Source: Paramoeba atlantica (Eukaryota > Protista > Discosea). Taken from it: a stretch of 64,000 nucleotides of DNA. The notes beneath the pieces are model-generated. The model saw nothing but the letters and a program-made list of their open reading frames with translations. It did not search any database and was not told where the DNA came from. The stretch covers positions 186,001 to 250,000 of the forward strand of contig CDRNVI010000139.1 in the NCBI GenBank assembly GCA_977017575.1, written 5' to 3'. This document shows, in pieces, positions 51,670 through 64,000 of this stretch. Each line of letters begins with the position of its first letter. Positions within the stretch are counted from its first letter, which is position 1. A program made the position numbers and the translations under genes.

Positions 51670-52388
51670 CTTTATCGCTCAACAGAAAGAAAAAACACCA
51701 AAAGAAGAAAAAGGAACTGGGAAGAAGAAAGAGAAAATTCAAAAAGAGTAAAACAAAAAATCGAAACCAAAAAGAAATCAACCTTTTCTCGATTCGAAAG
51801 ACCCAAAGAGAGAGAAAAACAAAAGAAACAAACTCGAAAAACACACAAACCAAAGTCAACCAAAAACTCCGAAACACAAAACGAAACGGGAAAAGATCAA
51901 AAGTTGAAGTTGAAAGCTGATTTGAAGTTGAAAAAGTGTCAGTATTGTAATGGTTGAAATTTTGAAACAAGGAGAAAAGGAAGAGAAACAAAGAAAGAAC
52001 AAGGAGAAAGAGAGAGAGAGAAGACCGCCGAAAAAGACAAATCTCCAAAACCACAAAAAAAAAGAGGATTATTATCGGTGTGAACTTTTGAGGCTTTTAT
52101 TTTAGTTTGGGTATGGACGAATTATTTCTCTCTTTTTGGTTTTTTCTCTTTTTCTCTTCGAGAGGTTTGTGGCTTCTTTTTTCCTTCAAGAAGAGGTGGC
52201 TTCTTTTTTGTTTTCTTCTTTTTTGTTTTCTTCTTTTTTTTCTTTTTCTGAGCAATTTTTCAGATTTTTGCTCTTTTTTCCCAAGTGTTCTTTTGTCTTT
52301 CGTCTTTTCTTCTTTCCTCAAGAGATCTTTTGTTTCCTGAAGAGATCTTTTATTGTGTGGTGGAAAAGATTGTCATATTGTGCAGAAA

Positions 52389-54430
52389 ATGAGCGAAAAG
52401 GATGAAATAGAAAACGAGAAAAAGGAAGAGAGAAGAAGGGATGAAAGATTTGATTGTGGGATCTGTTTGGAGTTGATGAGTTGGAAGAAAAAACCGAGGA
52501 TGTTACCTTGTTGTGGGAATTCGTTTTGCTCTGATTGCCTTCAGAAACTCTTTTCTTCTCAAGGAAAACAACAATCGCTCTTTCCAACCACTTCTTCGTC
52601 TTCATCTTCATCTTCTTCCTCTTCTTCTTCTTCATCGTCTTTCTCTTCTTCTTCTTCATCGTCTTCCTCATCTTCTTCATCTCCTTCATCAGCTCTCTCA
52701 ATGATGAGGGGGAATTGGAGTGAGGATTGTGGTGTTGTGAAATGTCCTGTTTGTCAAAAAGTGAATGAGTGTGAAACAATTGATTCGTTCGAGACGAATT
52801 TTTTGATTCCAAAGACGGTTGATGTTCTTCTTTCTTCGGCTCTGGTCTCTGAACAATCAGGTTTTCCTTTGTTTGTACCTTTTGTTTTTTCTCCTTTTTC
52901 TCTTTTTGGTGACTTGAAGTGCTTGGAAAGGAGAGAGAATTAAATGTAAAAACAGGAGTTTCACCAGAATGTGTGAATTTTGAAACGTGTGGAGAACGAA
53001 CTCGGATGTATTGTTCTGATTGTAAAGTCTTTATTTGTGATTCTTGTGATTCTTCTCACTCTTCTTCCATTTTCTCTCGAAATCATGAACGATCTGAAAA
53101 ACGGAATAGGAGTTGTGGTGATGGTGATGGAGTTGGGAACTTGAAGAAGAGAGAATGTTCAAAACACCCATCTGAGTTGGTTTGTGGATATTGTTTTGAA
53201 TGTTCTCTTTTTCTTTGTCTTCATTGCGCTCTTGATATACATGGTTATCACAAAGAGAAAGTAAAATCGATTGAAGAAAGTGTTTTGGAGAAAAGGAATG
53301 AAGTCGTAAAGATCGGAGATGGATTGGAGAAAAGATTGGAGATTGTTGAAAAGAAAAGAAAAAGGATTGAAGAAGAAATGAAAGAATTGGAAGAGATATT
53401 AGAAGAGAAAAGAATCGAAAAGAAAGAAATAGAATTGGAGAAAGAAGATTTGAGAATAAGAAAAGATTCAATTATTCGTTTATCCAACACGCCAACCGAT
53501 CTCTCTCTTTTTGATGATCAACTTTTTTCAACTCTTCTTCAAACTGCAACTGATATTGTTTCGGAAGTTGGGTTACAGTGGTCCTCAACAAAGCCGACAA
53601 CGAAAGGAGGGATTTGTTGTGATGGTTCATTTCGTTTTATTTCTTCATTTCCTTCAATAGATGGACCATACGGAGTGAGTGTGAGTAGTGATGGGAATAT
53701 TTTTATTTGCGAACAGAAGGGCGGATTGAGAGTGAGAGATAAAGAAGGAAATGTGATTGATCCCATCCAAGAAACGCTCGATTTGCTTCAGTTGGATCCT
53801 GTTGATGTTTCAATTGGATTGGATGATCAAATTGTTCTTCTTGATTGGTCTCAAGAGTGTTACGGGGTTGTAATATTAAACAAAGAAGGAGAATTGCTCA
53901 AATCTTTTGGATCAAATGGTTCTCAGCTTCGTCAATTTAATGAACCATGGGGAGTGGACGTGGATGGAGCGGGTCGAATTATTGTTGCCGACACTTACAA
54001 TCACCGAATTCAAGTGTTTGATAATGATGGATCTTTTCTTTGTTCTTTTGGTTCAGAAGGTTCTTCTGAAGGTCAGTTTCGTGCACCGCATGGTGTTGCA
54101 GTTGATAGAGATGGGAATATTGTTATTTGTGATTATTGGAATCACCGGATTCAAGTGATGGATATTGAAGGGAATTTTATTCGATGTTTTGGAACAAAAG
54201 GTTCAGGTGAATCTGAGTTATATTTTCCAAGAAGTGTTGATGTGGATGGGGAAGGTAGAATTGTTGTTTGTGAATGGAAAAATGGGAGAGGGAGTGTGTT
54301 TGAGAGTGATGGAACATTTCTTTTTTCTTTTGAAAAAGATCACATGAAACCAAATGGGGTTGTTGTGGATTTATTTGGAACAATTATTGTTTCAGATTAT
54401 GAAAACAGATCAATTGAATTTTGGAAGTAA
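52389..54430 (+). CDS. TRIM-NHL protein copy B (RING, two B-boxes, coiled coil, NHL)
   Basis: ATG 52389; intron 52861-52955; B-box1 CVNFETC..CSDCKVFICDSC..H; NHL repeats. Confidence 0.92.
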
Positions 54431-55057
54431 CTGATTGTAATTCTATTTTTTTTGCTTTTCCCATTTTGATTTTATCTTCCGATTTATTTGGCGAGAATAT
54501 TTTTTTTGACAAGGTTGACGATTAAGACAAAATTAAGAACAAGGAGGTGAAGAAACATTGGAAAAGAGAAAAGGAAAACAGAATTTCACACACAAGCAAC
54601 GCAAAGAACAGAAGAGAGGAAGAGGAAGTCTTTTCACCACATAAAAAAAATCTTTGAAGTGGATCATTCGACACACAAAACGAGACACACCGAGAAGAAG
54701 GCTCCAAGGGAGATCTATTTTTTTTCGAGAAATAAAACTCTTTCGAAAAAAATCTCTTTTTTTTCAAAGAGAGAAGAGAAAAAAAAACCTCAAAGAAAAA
54801 AACAAACAAAATAACAAAAACAAATTGGACAAAATGAGAGAAAAAAAATCACAAACCAAAATAGGTAACAACTCTAATTTGTTGGGGGAGGAACAAATAA
54901 AAAAAATGAATATAAAAAAATCAAATCAAATCTCACTCCATCATTTTTCGTCAAAAAACAAATAAAAAAGAGAAACTAAAATATCAAAAATCCTTCAACC
55001 CCTTCTTGAGAAAATAAAAAGAGAAAAAATAAAAAAGAATCAAAAAAACCTTCTCTT

Positions 55058-56841
55058 TCAAAATGATTTCCACAATTCAATTGAATTTTTCTCACAATCT
55101 GAAACAATAATTGTTCCAAATGAATCAATAACAACCCCAATAGGATGCTTCATGTGATGTTGACCAAATGAAAAAAGAAATGTTCCATCTTTCTCAAACA
55201 CACTCACTCTTCCATTTTGTCCATCACAAACAACAATTCTACCTTCCCCATCCACATCAACACCTCTTGGATAGTTCAATTGAGAATCACCTGAACCTTC
55301 TGTTCCAAAACATCGAATAAAATTCCCTTCAATATCCATCACTTGAATCCGATGATTTAAACCATCAGAAATAACAATATTCCCATCTCTATCAACTACA
55401 ACACTTCTTGGTTCATAAAATTGACCTTCAGAAGAACCATATGAACCAAAAGAACGAAGAAAAGATCCATCATTATCAAACACTTGAATTCGATGATTTC
55501 CAGAGTCAGCAACAATAATTCTACCTTCTTCATCCACATCCACACCACATGGTTCACAAAACTGACCATCTTCATCACCAAATGATCCAAAAGATTTGAT
55601 CAATTCTCCTTCTTTGTTTAATATTACAACTCTATCTTGAGACCAATCAAGAACAACAATTTGATCATTCAATCCAATTGAAACGTCAATAGGTTCCAAT
55701 TGAAGTGAATCAATTGTTTTCTGAATTGTTGATTCAATCATCTCATTTCCTTCTTTATCTCTCACTTTCAATCCACCCTCCTCTCCACAAATAAAAATAT
55801 TCCCATCACTGTTCACACTCGCTCCACAAGGTGGATTCTTCAAAGGAAAAGAAGAAACAAAACGAAAAGAATCACTACCACCATCACAACAAATCACTCC
55901 TTTCTTTGGTTTTGAGAATAACCCAACAACACCTCCTTCAGAAACAATATCAGTTGCAGTTTGAAGAAGAGTTGAAAAAAGTTGATCATCAAAAAAGAGA
56001 GAAACATCACAATCAGTTGTTGTTGTTGTTGTTGTTGGTGTGTTGGATAAACGAATAATTGAATCTTTTCTTATTCTCAAATCTTCTTTCTCCAATTCTA
56101 TTTCTTTCTTTTCAATTCTTTTCTTTTCTAATTTCTCTTCTAATTCTTTCATTTCTTTTTCAATCCTTTTTCTTTTCTTTTCCACAATCTCCAATCTTCT
56201 CTCCAATCTATCTCCAATCTTTACAACTTCATTCCTTTTCTCTAAAATACTTTCTTCAATCGATTTCACTTTCTCATTGTGTTGAACATGAGTTTCAAGA
56301 GCACAACGAATACAAACAAAAGAAGAACATTGAAAACAATATTCACTGATTGTTTCAGATGGGTGTTTTGAACATTCTCTCTTCTTCAAATTCTCCAATC
56401 CCATCACTCCCACCACCACCCCTCCCTCCTCTTCCAATCTTCTTCTTCCACCTCCCTCAACACCATCTCTTTCAGGTCGTTTGTGATTTTGAGTGAAAAT
56501 AGAAGAAGAGTGAGATGAATCACAAGAATCACAAATGAATACTTTACAATCAGAACAAAACATTTGAGTTCGTTCTCCACACGTTTCGAAATTCACACAT
56601 TCTGATCCATCATCTTCTATTTTGGTTTCTTTTTCGTCAATTCAAGAGAGAGGAGAGGTTGGAAAAAGAAAGAGAGAGAAAATTAAGAAAAGGAAAGAAA
56701 AACGTGATTGATTGGAGAAAGAAATCAAATTTGAAGAAAGAAGAACATCAATCGTTTCTGGAATCAAATAATTCATCGAAAGTGTTTCAACACTTTCACA
56801 TTCGTTCATTTCTCTACAAACTGGACATTTCACTCCTTTCA

Positions 56842-56872
<31 letters not shown>

Positions 56873-57241
56873 AGAAGAAGGATTTTGAAGAAGAAAGAGT
56901 TTGTGGAGACAAAGAGTACAAAAAGAAAGATCACAACAAGGTAACAACCTTGGTTCTTTTTCCCAATTCATCAATTCCAAACATATTCCACATTCAAATC
57001 TTTTCTTTTTCTCTTCTTCTTCCTTTCTTCTTCTTTTCATCATCTCTTCTTCGCTTTCTCTTTCTTCCTCTCCTTCTCCTTCTCTTTGTTCTTTTTCATC
57101 ATCATCATTCTCAACTCCACCAAGGATAACATCCCCATCATGAGTAATTTGTTCTTTCTTTCCTCTTTTAGATTTTCTTTTCCCTTCTTCACTCTCAGTT
57201 CTCACCACTTCTCTCTTTCTCTTTCCTTGTTGTCCACTCAT
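55058..57241 (-). CDS. TRIM-NHL protein copy C
   Basis: ATG 57241; intron 56703-56617; complete RING, B-box1, B-box2, coiled coil and NHL. Confidence 0.92.
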
Positions 57242-58096
57242 TCTCTTTTTGCTCTTCTTTCAATCAAAACCAAAACACACAATTTTTCAACAATGAGAGT
57301 TCAAGAAGAGTTTCCGAAAGAAAGAGACGATTACTCAAGGTTATTGATTTTCTTATTCTGAAAAAAAAAGAGATTATTTAAGAAAATGAAAAAGAAGAAA
57401 AGAAAGAAAAAATACAAACAACTCTCAAAACCAAAGAGGAGGATCTCCTTTTCGAGAGACAGATACTCAAATCAAGAGAGAGAGAGAGAGCGAACAAAAG
57501 GAAAAAGGGAAAGAAAGAAAGAGACAGAAATGATAAAGCCAACAGAAAGAGAGAAAGTCGACGAGAAAGAAAAGAAAGAAAGAGAGCAAACAAACAAAGG
57601 AAAAAAGAGAGAGAAAGAAAGAAGAACAAAAACAGAAAAACAGAAAAAAAGAGAAAAAAAAGGAATGGTACGAAAAGAGGATTCAAAACTTTTTAAACCT
57701 CTGAAAAAAATATCACAAAAACACACCAAAAACTTTTGCTTTTTCGTTTTCCCTTCTTCTTCGCAAAGAATCCTTTCGTGACTTTTTGAGAGATGTTTGT
57801 TTTTTTTTTATTTTCTTTTTTCTCTTCTTTTTATTCCATTTTTTGAAAAAAAAAATTGTCAGAAACCTCTCGATCTCTCTCTCTCTCTCTCTTTGGAGGA
57901 CATTCTCTAAGAATCGGTTTCTCTCCGTTGTTCCTCTTTTTATTTGCCTTTTGTTTTGGCAACAGCAGTCTATTTTGTGGGGTGATTTTTCTTTTTAATT
58001 TTCATTTTCAGTCTCTCCATTTTCTTTAAAATTGTTTCCCTTTTCTTTCCATTTTGTTTGTTTATTAATCTCTTTTCCCACACACAGAGAGACAAA

Positions 58097-58493
58097 ATGA
58101 GTGAAAAAAGAGGAAAGAGAAAGAGAGGAGGGGGAGAACAAGGAACAGAATTAGAAAGTGAGAAAAAGAGAAAAACCAAAAGAGGAAAGAAAGAGAAAGA
58201 AGATCAAACAACAGATCGTGTTGGTGATCATGATGACGTTGATGTTGTTGTAATTGAAGATGATGATGATGAAAGAAAGAGAGAACAACAAAATGAAGAA
58301 GGAGAAGGAGAAAGAGAACAAGAAGAAGAGATAATGAAAAGAAGAAGAAGAGAAGAAGAAGAGAAAAAGAAAAGATTTGAATGTGGGATATGTTTGGAAT
58401 TGATGAGTTGGGAAAAAGAACCAAGGTTGTTACCTTGTTGTGGTCTTTCTTTTTGTTCTCTTTGCCTCAACAAACTCTTTCTTCTTCAAAATC

Positions 58494-58524
<31 letters not shown>

Positions 58525-60311
58525 TTCTCCTTCCTCATCTCCCTCATCTCCCTCTTCTTCTTCCTCTTCTTCGTCCTTTTCTTCTTTGAAAGGAGTGAAA
58601 TGTCCAGTTTGTGGAGAAATGAACGAATATGAAAGTGTAGAAACACTTATGATGAATTATTTGATTCCAGAAACGATTGATGTTCTTCTTTCTTCAAATT
58701 TGATCTCTTTATCCCAACAATCAGGTTTTTGTCTCTCTTTTTTTGAACTCTCACTTTATTTCCTCTTTGTTTTTCCTTCTTTTGAGAGAGTTATTTCAAA
58801 GTTGAAAAACATAATTTTTGAAAAACAAAACAACAGGAGATGAATCAGAATGTGTGAATTTCGAAACTTCCATTTTCTCTCGAAATCACAAACGATCTGA
58901 AAGAGATGGTGTTGAGGGAGGTGGAAGAAGAAGATTGGAAGAGGAGGGAGGGGTGGTGATGGGAGTGGGATTGGAGAATTTGAAGAAGAGAGAATGTTCA
59001 AAACACCCATCTGAAACAATCAGTGGATATTGTTTTCAATGTTCTTCTTTTGTTTGTATTCGTTGTATTCTTGAAACTCATGTTCAACACAATGAGAAAG
59101 TGAAATCAATTGAAGAAAGTATTTTAGAGAAAAGAAATGAAGTTGTAAAGATTGGAGATAAATTGGAGAAAAGATTGATTTGGATTGAAAAGAAAAGAAA
59201 AAGGATTGAAGAAGAAATGAAAGAATTAGAAGAGAAATTAGAAAAGAAAAGAATTGAAAAAAAAGAAATAGAATTGGAGAAAGAAGATTTGAGAATCAGA
59301 AAAGATTCAATTATTCGTTTATCCAACACACCAACAACAACAACAACAACAACAACAACAACTGATTGTGATGTTTCTCTCTTTTTTGATGATCAACTTT
59401 TTTCAACTCTTCTTCAAACTGCAACTGATATTGTTTCTGAAGGAGGAATACTGAAACCAAAGAAAGGAGTGATTTGTTGTGATGGTGGTGGTGATTCTTT
59501 TCGTTTAGTTTCTTCTTTTCCTTTGACTGAACCTTGTGGAGTGAGTGTGAACAGTGATGGGAATATTTTTATTTGTGGAGAGGAGGGTGGATTGAAAGTG
59601 AGAAATAAAGAAGGAAATGAGATGATTGAATCAACAATTCAGAAAACAATTGATTCACTTCAGTTGAAACCTGTTGATGTTTCAATTGGATTGAATGATC
59701 AAATTGTTGTTCTTGATTGGTCTCAAGATTCTTTTCGTGTTGTAATCTTAAACAAAGAAGGAGAATTGATCAATTCTTTTGGATCATTTGGTTCTAAAGA
59801 TGGTCAGTTTAATGGACCATGTGGTGTGGATGTGGATGAAGAAGGTAGAATTATTGTTTGTGATACTTGGAATCATCGAATTGAAGTGTTTGATAATGAT
59901 GGATCTTTTCTTCATTCTTTTGGTTCAAAAGGTTCTTCTGAAGGTCAATTTGATGGACCAAAGAATGTTGTAGTTGATAGAGATGGGAATATTGTTATTT
60001 CTGATTGTTTGAATCATCGGATTCAAGTGATGGATATTGAAGGGAATTTTATTCGATGTTTTGGAACATATGGTTCAGGTGATTCTCAATTGAACTATCC
60101 AGAAGGTGTTGATGTGGATGGGGAAGGTAGAATTGTTGTTTGTGATTCAGAAAATAGAAGAGTGAGTGTGTTTGAGAAAGATGGAACATTTCTTTTTTCA
60201 TTTGGTAAACATCACGTGGGGAATCCTCTTGGGATTGTTATTGATTCTTTTGGAACCATTATTGTTTCAGATTATGTGAAAAATTCAATTGTATTGTGGA
60301 AATCACTTTGA
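58097..60311 (+). CDS. TRIM-NHL protein copy D (B-box1 core deleted in frame)
   Basis: ATG 58097; intron 58725-58836. ECVNFET joins directly to SIFSRNH. Confidence 0.9.
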
Positions 60312-61685
60312 GGAAAGGGTTTTTTTTTTCACTTGCTTTTTTTTTTCTTTTTTCTTCTTTGTTTCTTTTTTCTTTTTTCTTTTTTCTTTTTTCTTTTTTC
60401 TTATTTTGTTTCATTTTTTTTCTTGTTTAGAGGAAAATGAAAGAAATTAATTTTTTCTCTTTTCCCCTCCTCCTCTCCTCCCCCTTCCTTTTAGTTTTAG
60501 TCTCTGTTGTGGTGTGATGTGGTCTTCTTTTCCAATCACCTTCTTCTTCAATTTCGATTCGATTTTTCTCCTTCTCCTCCTTCCCTTTCTCTTTCATTCC
60601 CTCCCTTTTCTTTCTTTTTAGTCTCTTCTGGTGCATAAAATGTTGGGGTGTTCTTTGTTCCCAATTTTTCGCTTTGATTTTATTCTCCTTCTTTCAAACC
60701 TTTTTTTTCGATTTGCTCCACAGACCAATAATGATTCTTCTTTCTCTCCTCTCCTCTTTGTCTGTTTCTTCTATCTCTTTATTCTCTCTCCTCATTCTTT
60801 TCTTTCTTCTCTTTCTTTCTTCATTTCTCAATTTTGTTTTTGATGTGGGGATGGGTGAGAATTTTCTCAATTTCTTGAACCTTTTGTGGAATTACTATTT
60901 CTCAATTTTTTTGTTGATTAAAATTTCATTTTTCTAAAAATTGTGTTTCTCTCATTCAATCAACCAAAATATATGAATTCCTCCTCTTCCCCCTCCCAAC
61001 AACAACAAAAAAGAAAAAAATGTTGTTTGAGAGTTTTGAAAGAGTGTTGTTGAGTATTTGGGTATTATTCATTCAACCAAATAAAAAAGGTGAATCAACA
61101 AAAAAGAACAACAAAACAAAAACAAAACAAAAAAAAAGAAGGAAAAAAAATTTCAACAAAAAGACTGGGCAACAAAAAAGAATCATTTCTTTTTAACAAA
61201 AACAATAAAATTTGAAGAAAACAAAAAAAGAAAAATAATTTAAATCAAAAAAAAGAGAAGAGGAAGAGAAAGAGAGAGAACTTTCACAAAAACACAAAAC
61301 ACATTCACACAACAACAACAAAACACAAATGAAGAGGAGAAACAAAATCAAAGAAAAGTTGTTTTTGAAGAAGAAGGATCAAAAATTGAATCAAAAATTG
61401 GGAGAAGAAGAAGGATGATGATTTTGGAGGAGAAGAAGAAGACCACTGCACCACAACAGAAACTAAAAAGGAGAAAAGGGAGGAGGGGAGGAAGGGGAGG
61501 AAGGAGGGGAAAAGAGAAGAGAAGAGAAAAAATATTAACTTCTTGTTTTTAATTTTCTTCAAACAAAAAAGGAAACAAAAAGAAAAAAGAAAGAAAAAAT
61601 GATACAAAATAATAAAATAAAACAAATCAAAATCAAAAAAGAAAAAAAGAGAAAAAAAGAGAAAAGAAAAAACCTCCATCTCTTT

Positions 61686-64000
61686 TCAAAATGATTTCCA
61701 CAAACCAACTGACTTTTTGTCACAATCTGAAACAATAATTGTTCCAAATGAATCAATAACAACCCCATAAGGAGACTTCAGGTGATGTTGACCAAATGAA
61801 AAAAGAAATGTTCCATCTTTCTCAAACACACTCATTCTCCCATTTTCTGAATCACAAACAACAATTCTACCTTCCCCATCCACATCAACACCTTCTGGAT
61901 AGTTCAATTGAGAATCACCTGAACCATATGTTCCAAAACATCGAATAAAATTCCCTTCAATATCCATCACTTGAATCCGATGATTCCAATAATCACAAAT
62001 AACAATATTCCCATCTCTATCAACTCCAACACTTCTTGGTTCATCTAATTGACCTTCAAAAGAACCTTTTGAACCAAAAGAACGAAGAAAAGATCCATCA
62101 TTATCAAACACTTGAATTCGATGATTTCCAGAGTCAGCAACAATAATTCTACCTTCTTCATCCACATCCACACCAAATGGTTCATTAAACTGACCATCTT
62201 CAGAACCAAATGATCCAAAAGAATTGATCAATTCTCCTTCTTTGTTTAATATTACAACTCTTCTTTCAGATTGAGACCAATCAAGAACAACAATTTGATC
62301 ATCCAATCCAATTGAAACATCAACAGGATCCAATTGAAGTGAATCAATTGTTTTCTGAATTGTTGATTCAATCATCTCATTTCCTTCTTTATCTCTCACT
62401 TTCAATCCACACTCATCTTCACAAATAAAAATATTCCCATCACTGTTCACACTCACTCCCAAAGAATGATTCTCCAAAGGAAAAGAAGAAACTAAACGAA
62501 AAGAATCACCACCACCATCACAACAAATCACTCCTTTCTTTCCAAATCCAACAACACCTCCTTCGGAAACAATATCATTTGCAGTTTGAAGAAGAGTTGA
62601 AAAAAGTTGATCATCAAAAAAGAGAGAAACATCACAATCAGTTGTTGTTGTTGTTGTTGTTGTTGTTGTTGGGGTGTTGGATAAATGAATAATTGAATCT
62701 TTTCTGATTCTCAAATCTTCTTTCTCCAATTCTATTTCTTTCTTTTCAATTCTTTTCTTTTCTAATTTCTCTTCTAATTCTTTCATTTCTTCTTTAATCT
62801 TTTTTCTTTTCTTTTCCACAATCTCCAATCTTTTCTCCAATTTATCTCCAATCTTTACAACTTCATTCCTTTTCTTCAAAATACTTTCTTCAATTGATTT
62901 CACTTTCTCAATGTGTTGAACATGTGTTTCAAGAACACAATGAAGGCAAACAAAAGAAGAACATTGAAAACAATATCCACTGATTGTTTCAGATGGGTGT
63001 TTTGAACATTCTCTCTTCTTCAAATTCTCCAATCCCACTCCCATCACCACCCCCTCCTCCAATCTTCTTCTTCCACCTCCTTCATCACTCTGCTCACCAC
63101 AAGGAACATTTTGTTGTTGAGATCGTTTGTGATTTCGAGAGAAAATGGAAGAAGAGTGAGATGGATCACAAGAATCACAAATAAAGACTTTACAATCAGA
63201 ACAATACATTCGAGTTCGTTCTCCACACGCTCCAAAATTCGCACATCTTCTTTTAGCTTCTCCTGATTTGTTTGTGTGTTTAAAAAAGAAGAAACTAAGT
63301 CAGTGAATGTTGGGTTTAGGAGTGGGTGGGTCGAATTGGGTGGTCTTGGGGCTCAGTTCAAAAACAACAAGAGAAAAGAAAGAAAAAAAAAAAAAATCAA
63401 GAAGATGAAACCTGAAGTTGATTGTTGGGATAAAGAGATCAAATTTGAAGAAAAAAGAACATCAATTGTTTCTGGAATCAAATAATTCATCGAAAGTGTT
63501 TCAATGCTTTCACATTCGTTCATTTCTCTACAAACTGGACATTTCACTCCTTCCAAAGAAGAAATGGGAGAGGGGGAAGAGGAAGAAGAAGAAGAGGAAG
63601 GATTTTGAAGGAGAAAGAGTTTGTTGAGACAAAGAGAACAAAAAGAAAGACCACAACAAGGTAACAACCTTGGTTCTTTTTCCCAACTCATCAATTCCAA
63701 ACATATTCCACATTCAAATCTTTTCTTTTTCTCTTCTTCTTCCTTTCTTCTTCTTTTCATCATCTCTTCTTCTCTTTCTCTTTCCCTTTCTCCTTCTTCT
63801 TCTCGTTCTCTCTTTCCAAGAACATCCTCACTTCTTCTTTCTCTTTCTTCCTCTCCTTCTCCTTCTCTTTCATCATCAACATTGTCATCTTCAATTACAA
63901 CAACAACATCAACATCATCTTCTTTCTCTTTCTTTCCTCTTTTGGTTTTTCTCTTTTTCTCACTTTCTAATTCTCTTCCTTGTTCTTCTCCTCCTCTTTT
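61686..64000 (-). CDS. TRIM-NHL protein copy E; start lies beyond the right edge
   Basis: RING exon open to the window edge; intron 63411-63263; B-box1, B-box2, coiled coil and NHL intact. Confidence 0.9.

Overview
AT-rich, gene-dense, intron-containing eukaryotic DNA, probably from a unicellular protist (amoebozoan-like is my inference only). About 22 protein-coding genes were reconstructed by hand from GT-AG introns, and many sit in head-to-head pairs. In order: NAD-dependent epimerase (partial), U2AF65, an orphan ORF, NSE1, a standalone MICAL-type monooxygenase, an inverted pair of insulysin (IDE) genes, an FHA+TKL kinase, an ERCC6L2-like SNF2 ATPase, three tandem SPRY-like genes, a putative glycosyltransferase, a large NB-ARC-like/TPR (NLR-like) gene with a degenerate P-loop, a kexin-like pseudoprotease head-to-head with an intact kexin, an exostosin (GT47) gene, and five TRIM-NHL genes in alternating orientation. 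The most striking signals are the hypervariable ligand face of the TRIM-NHL propellers, the triad-dead kexin paralog abutting an active kexin, a candidate poison exon in U2AF65, and an apparent mitochondrial/cytosolic split between the IDE duplicates. No rRNA, tRNA, CRISPR array or autonomous transposon was recognised. Family assignments come from motif recognition by eye, and exon boundaries are manual and need RNA-seq confirmation.
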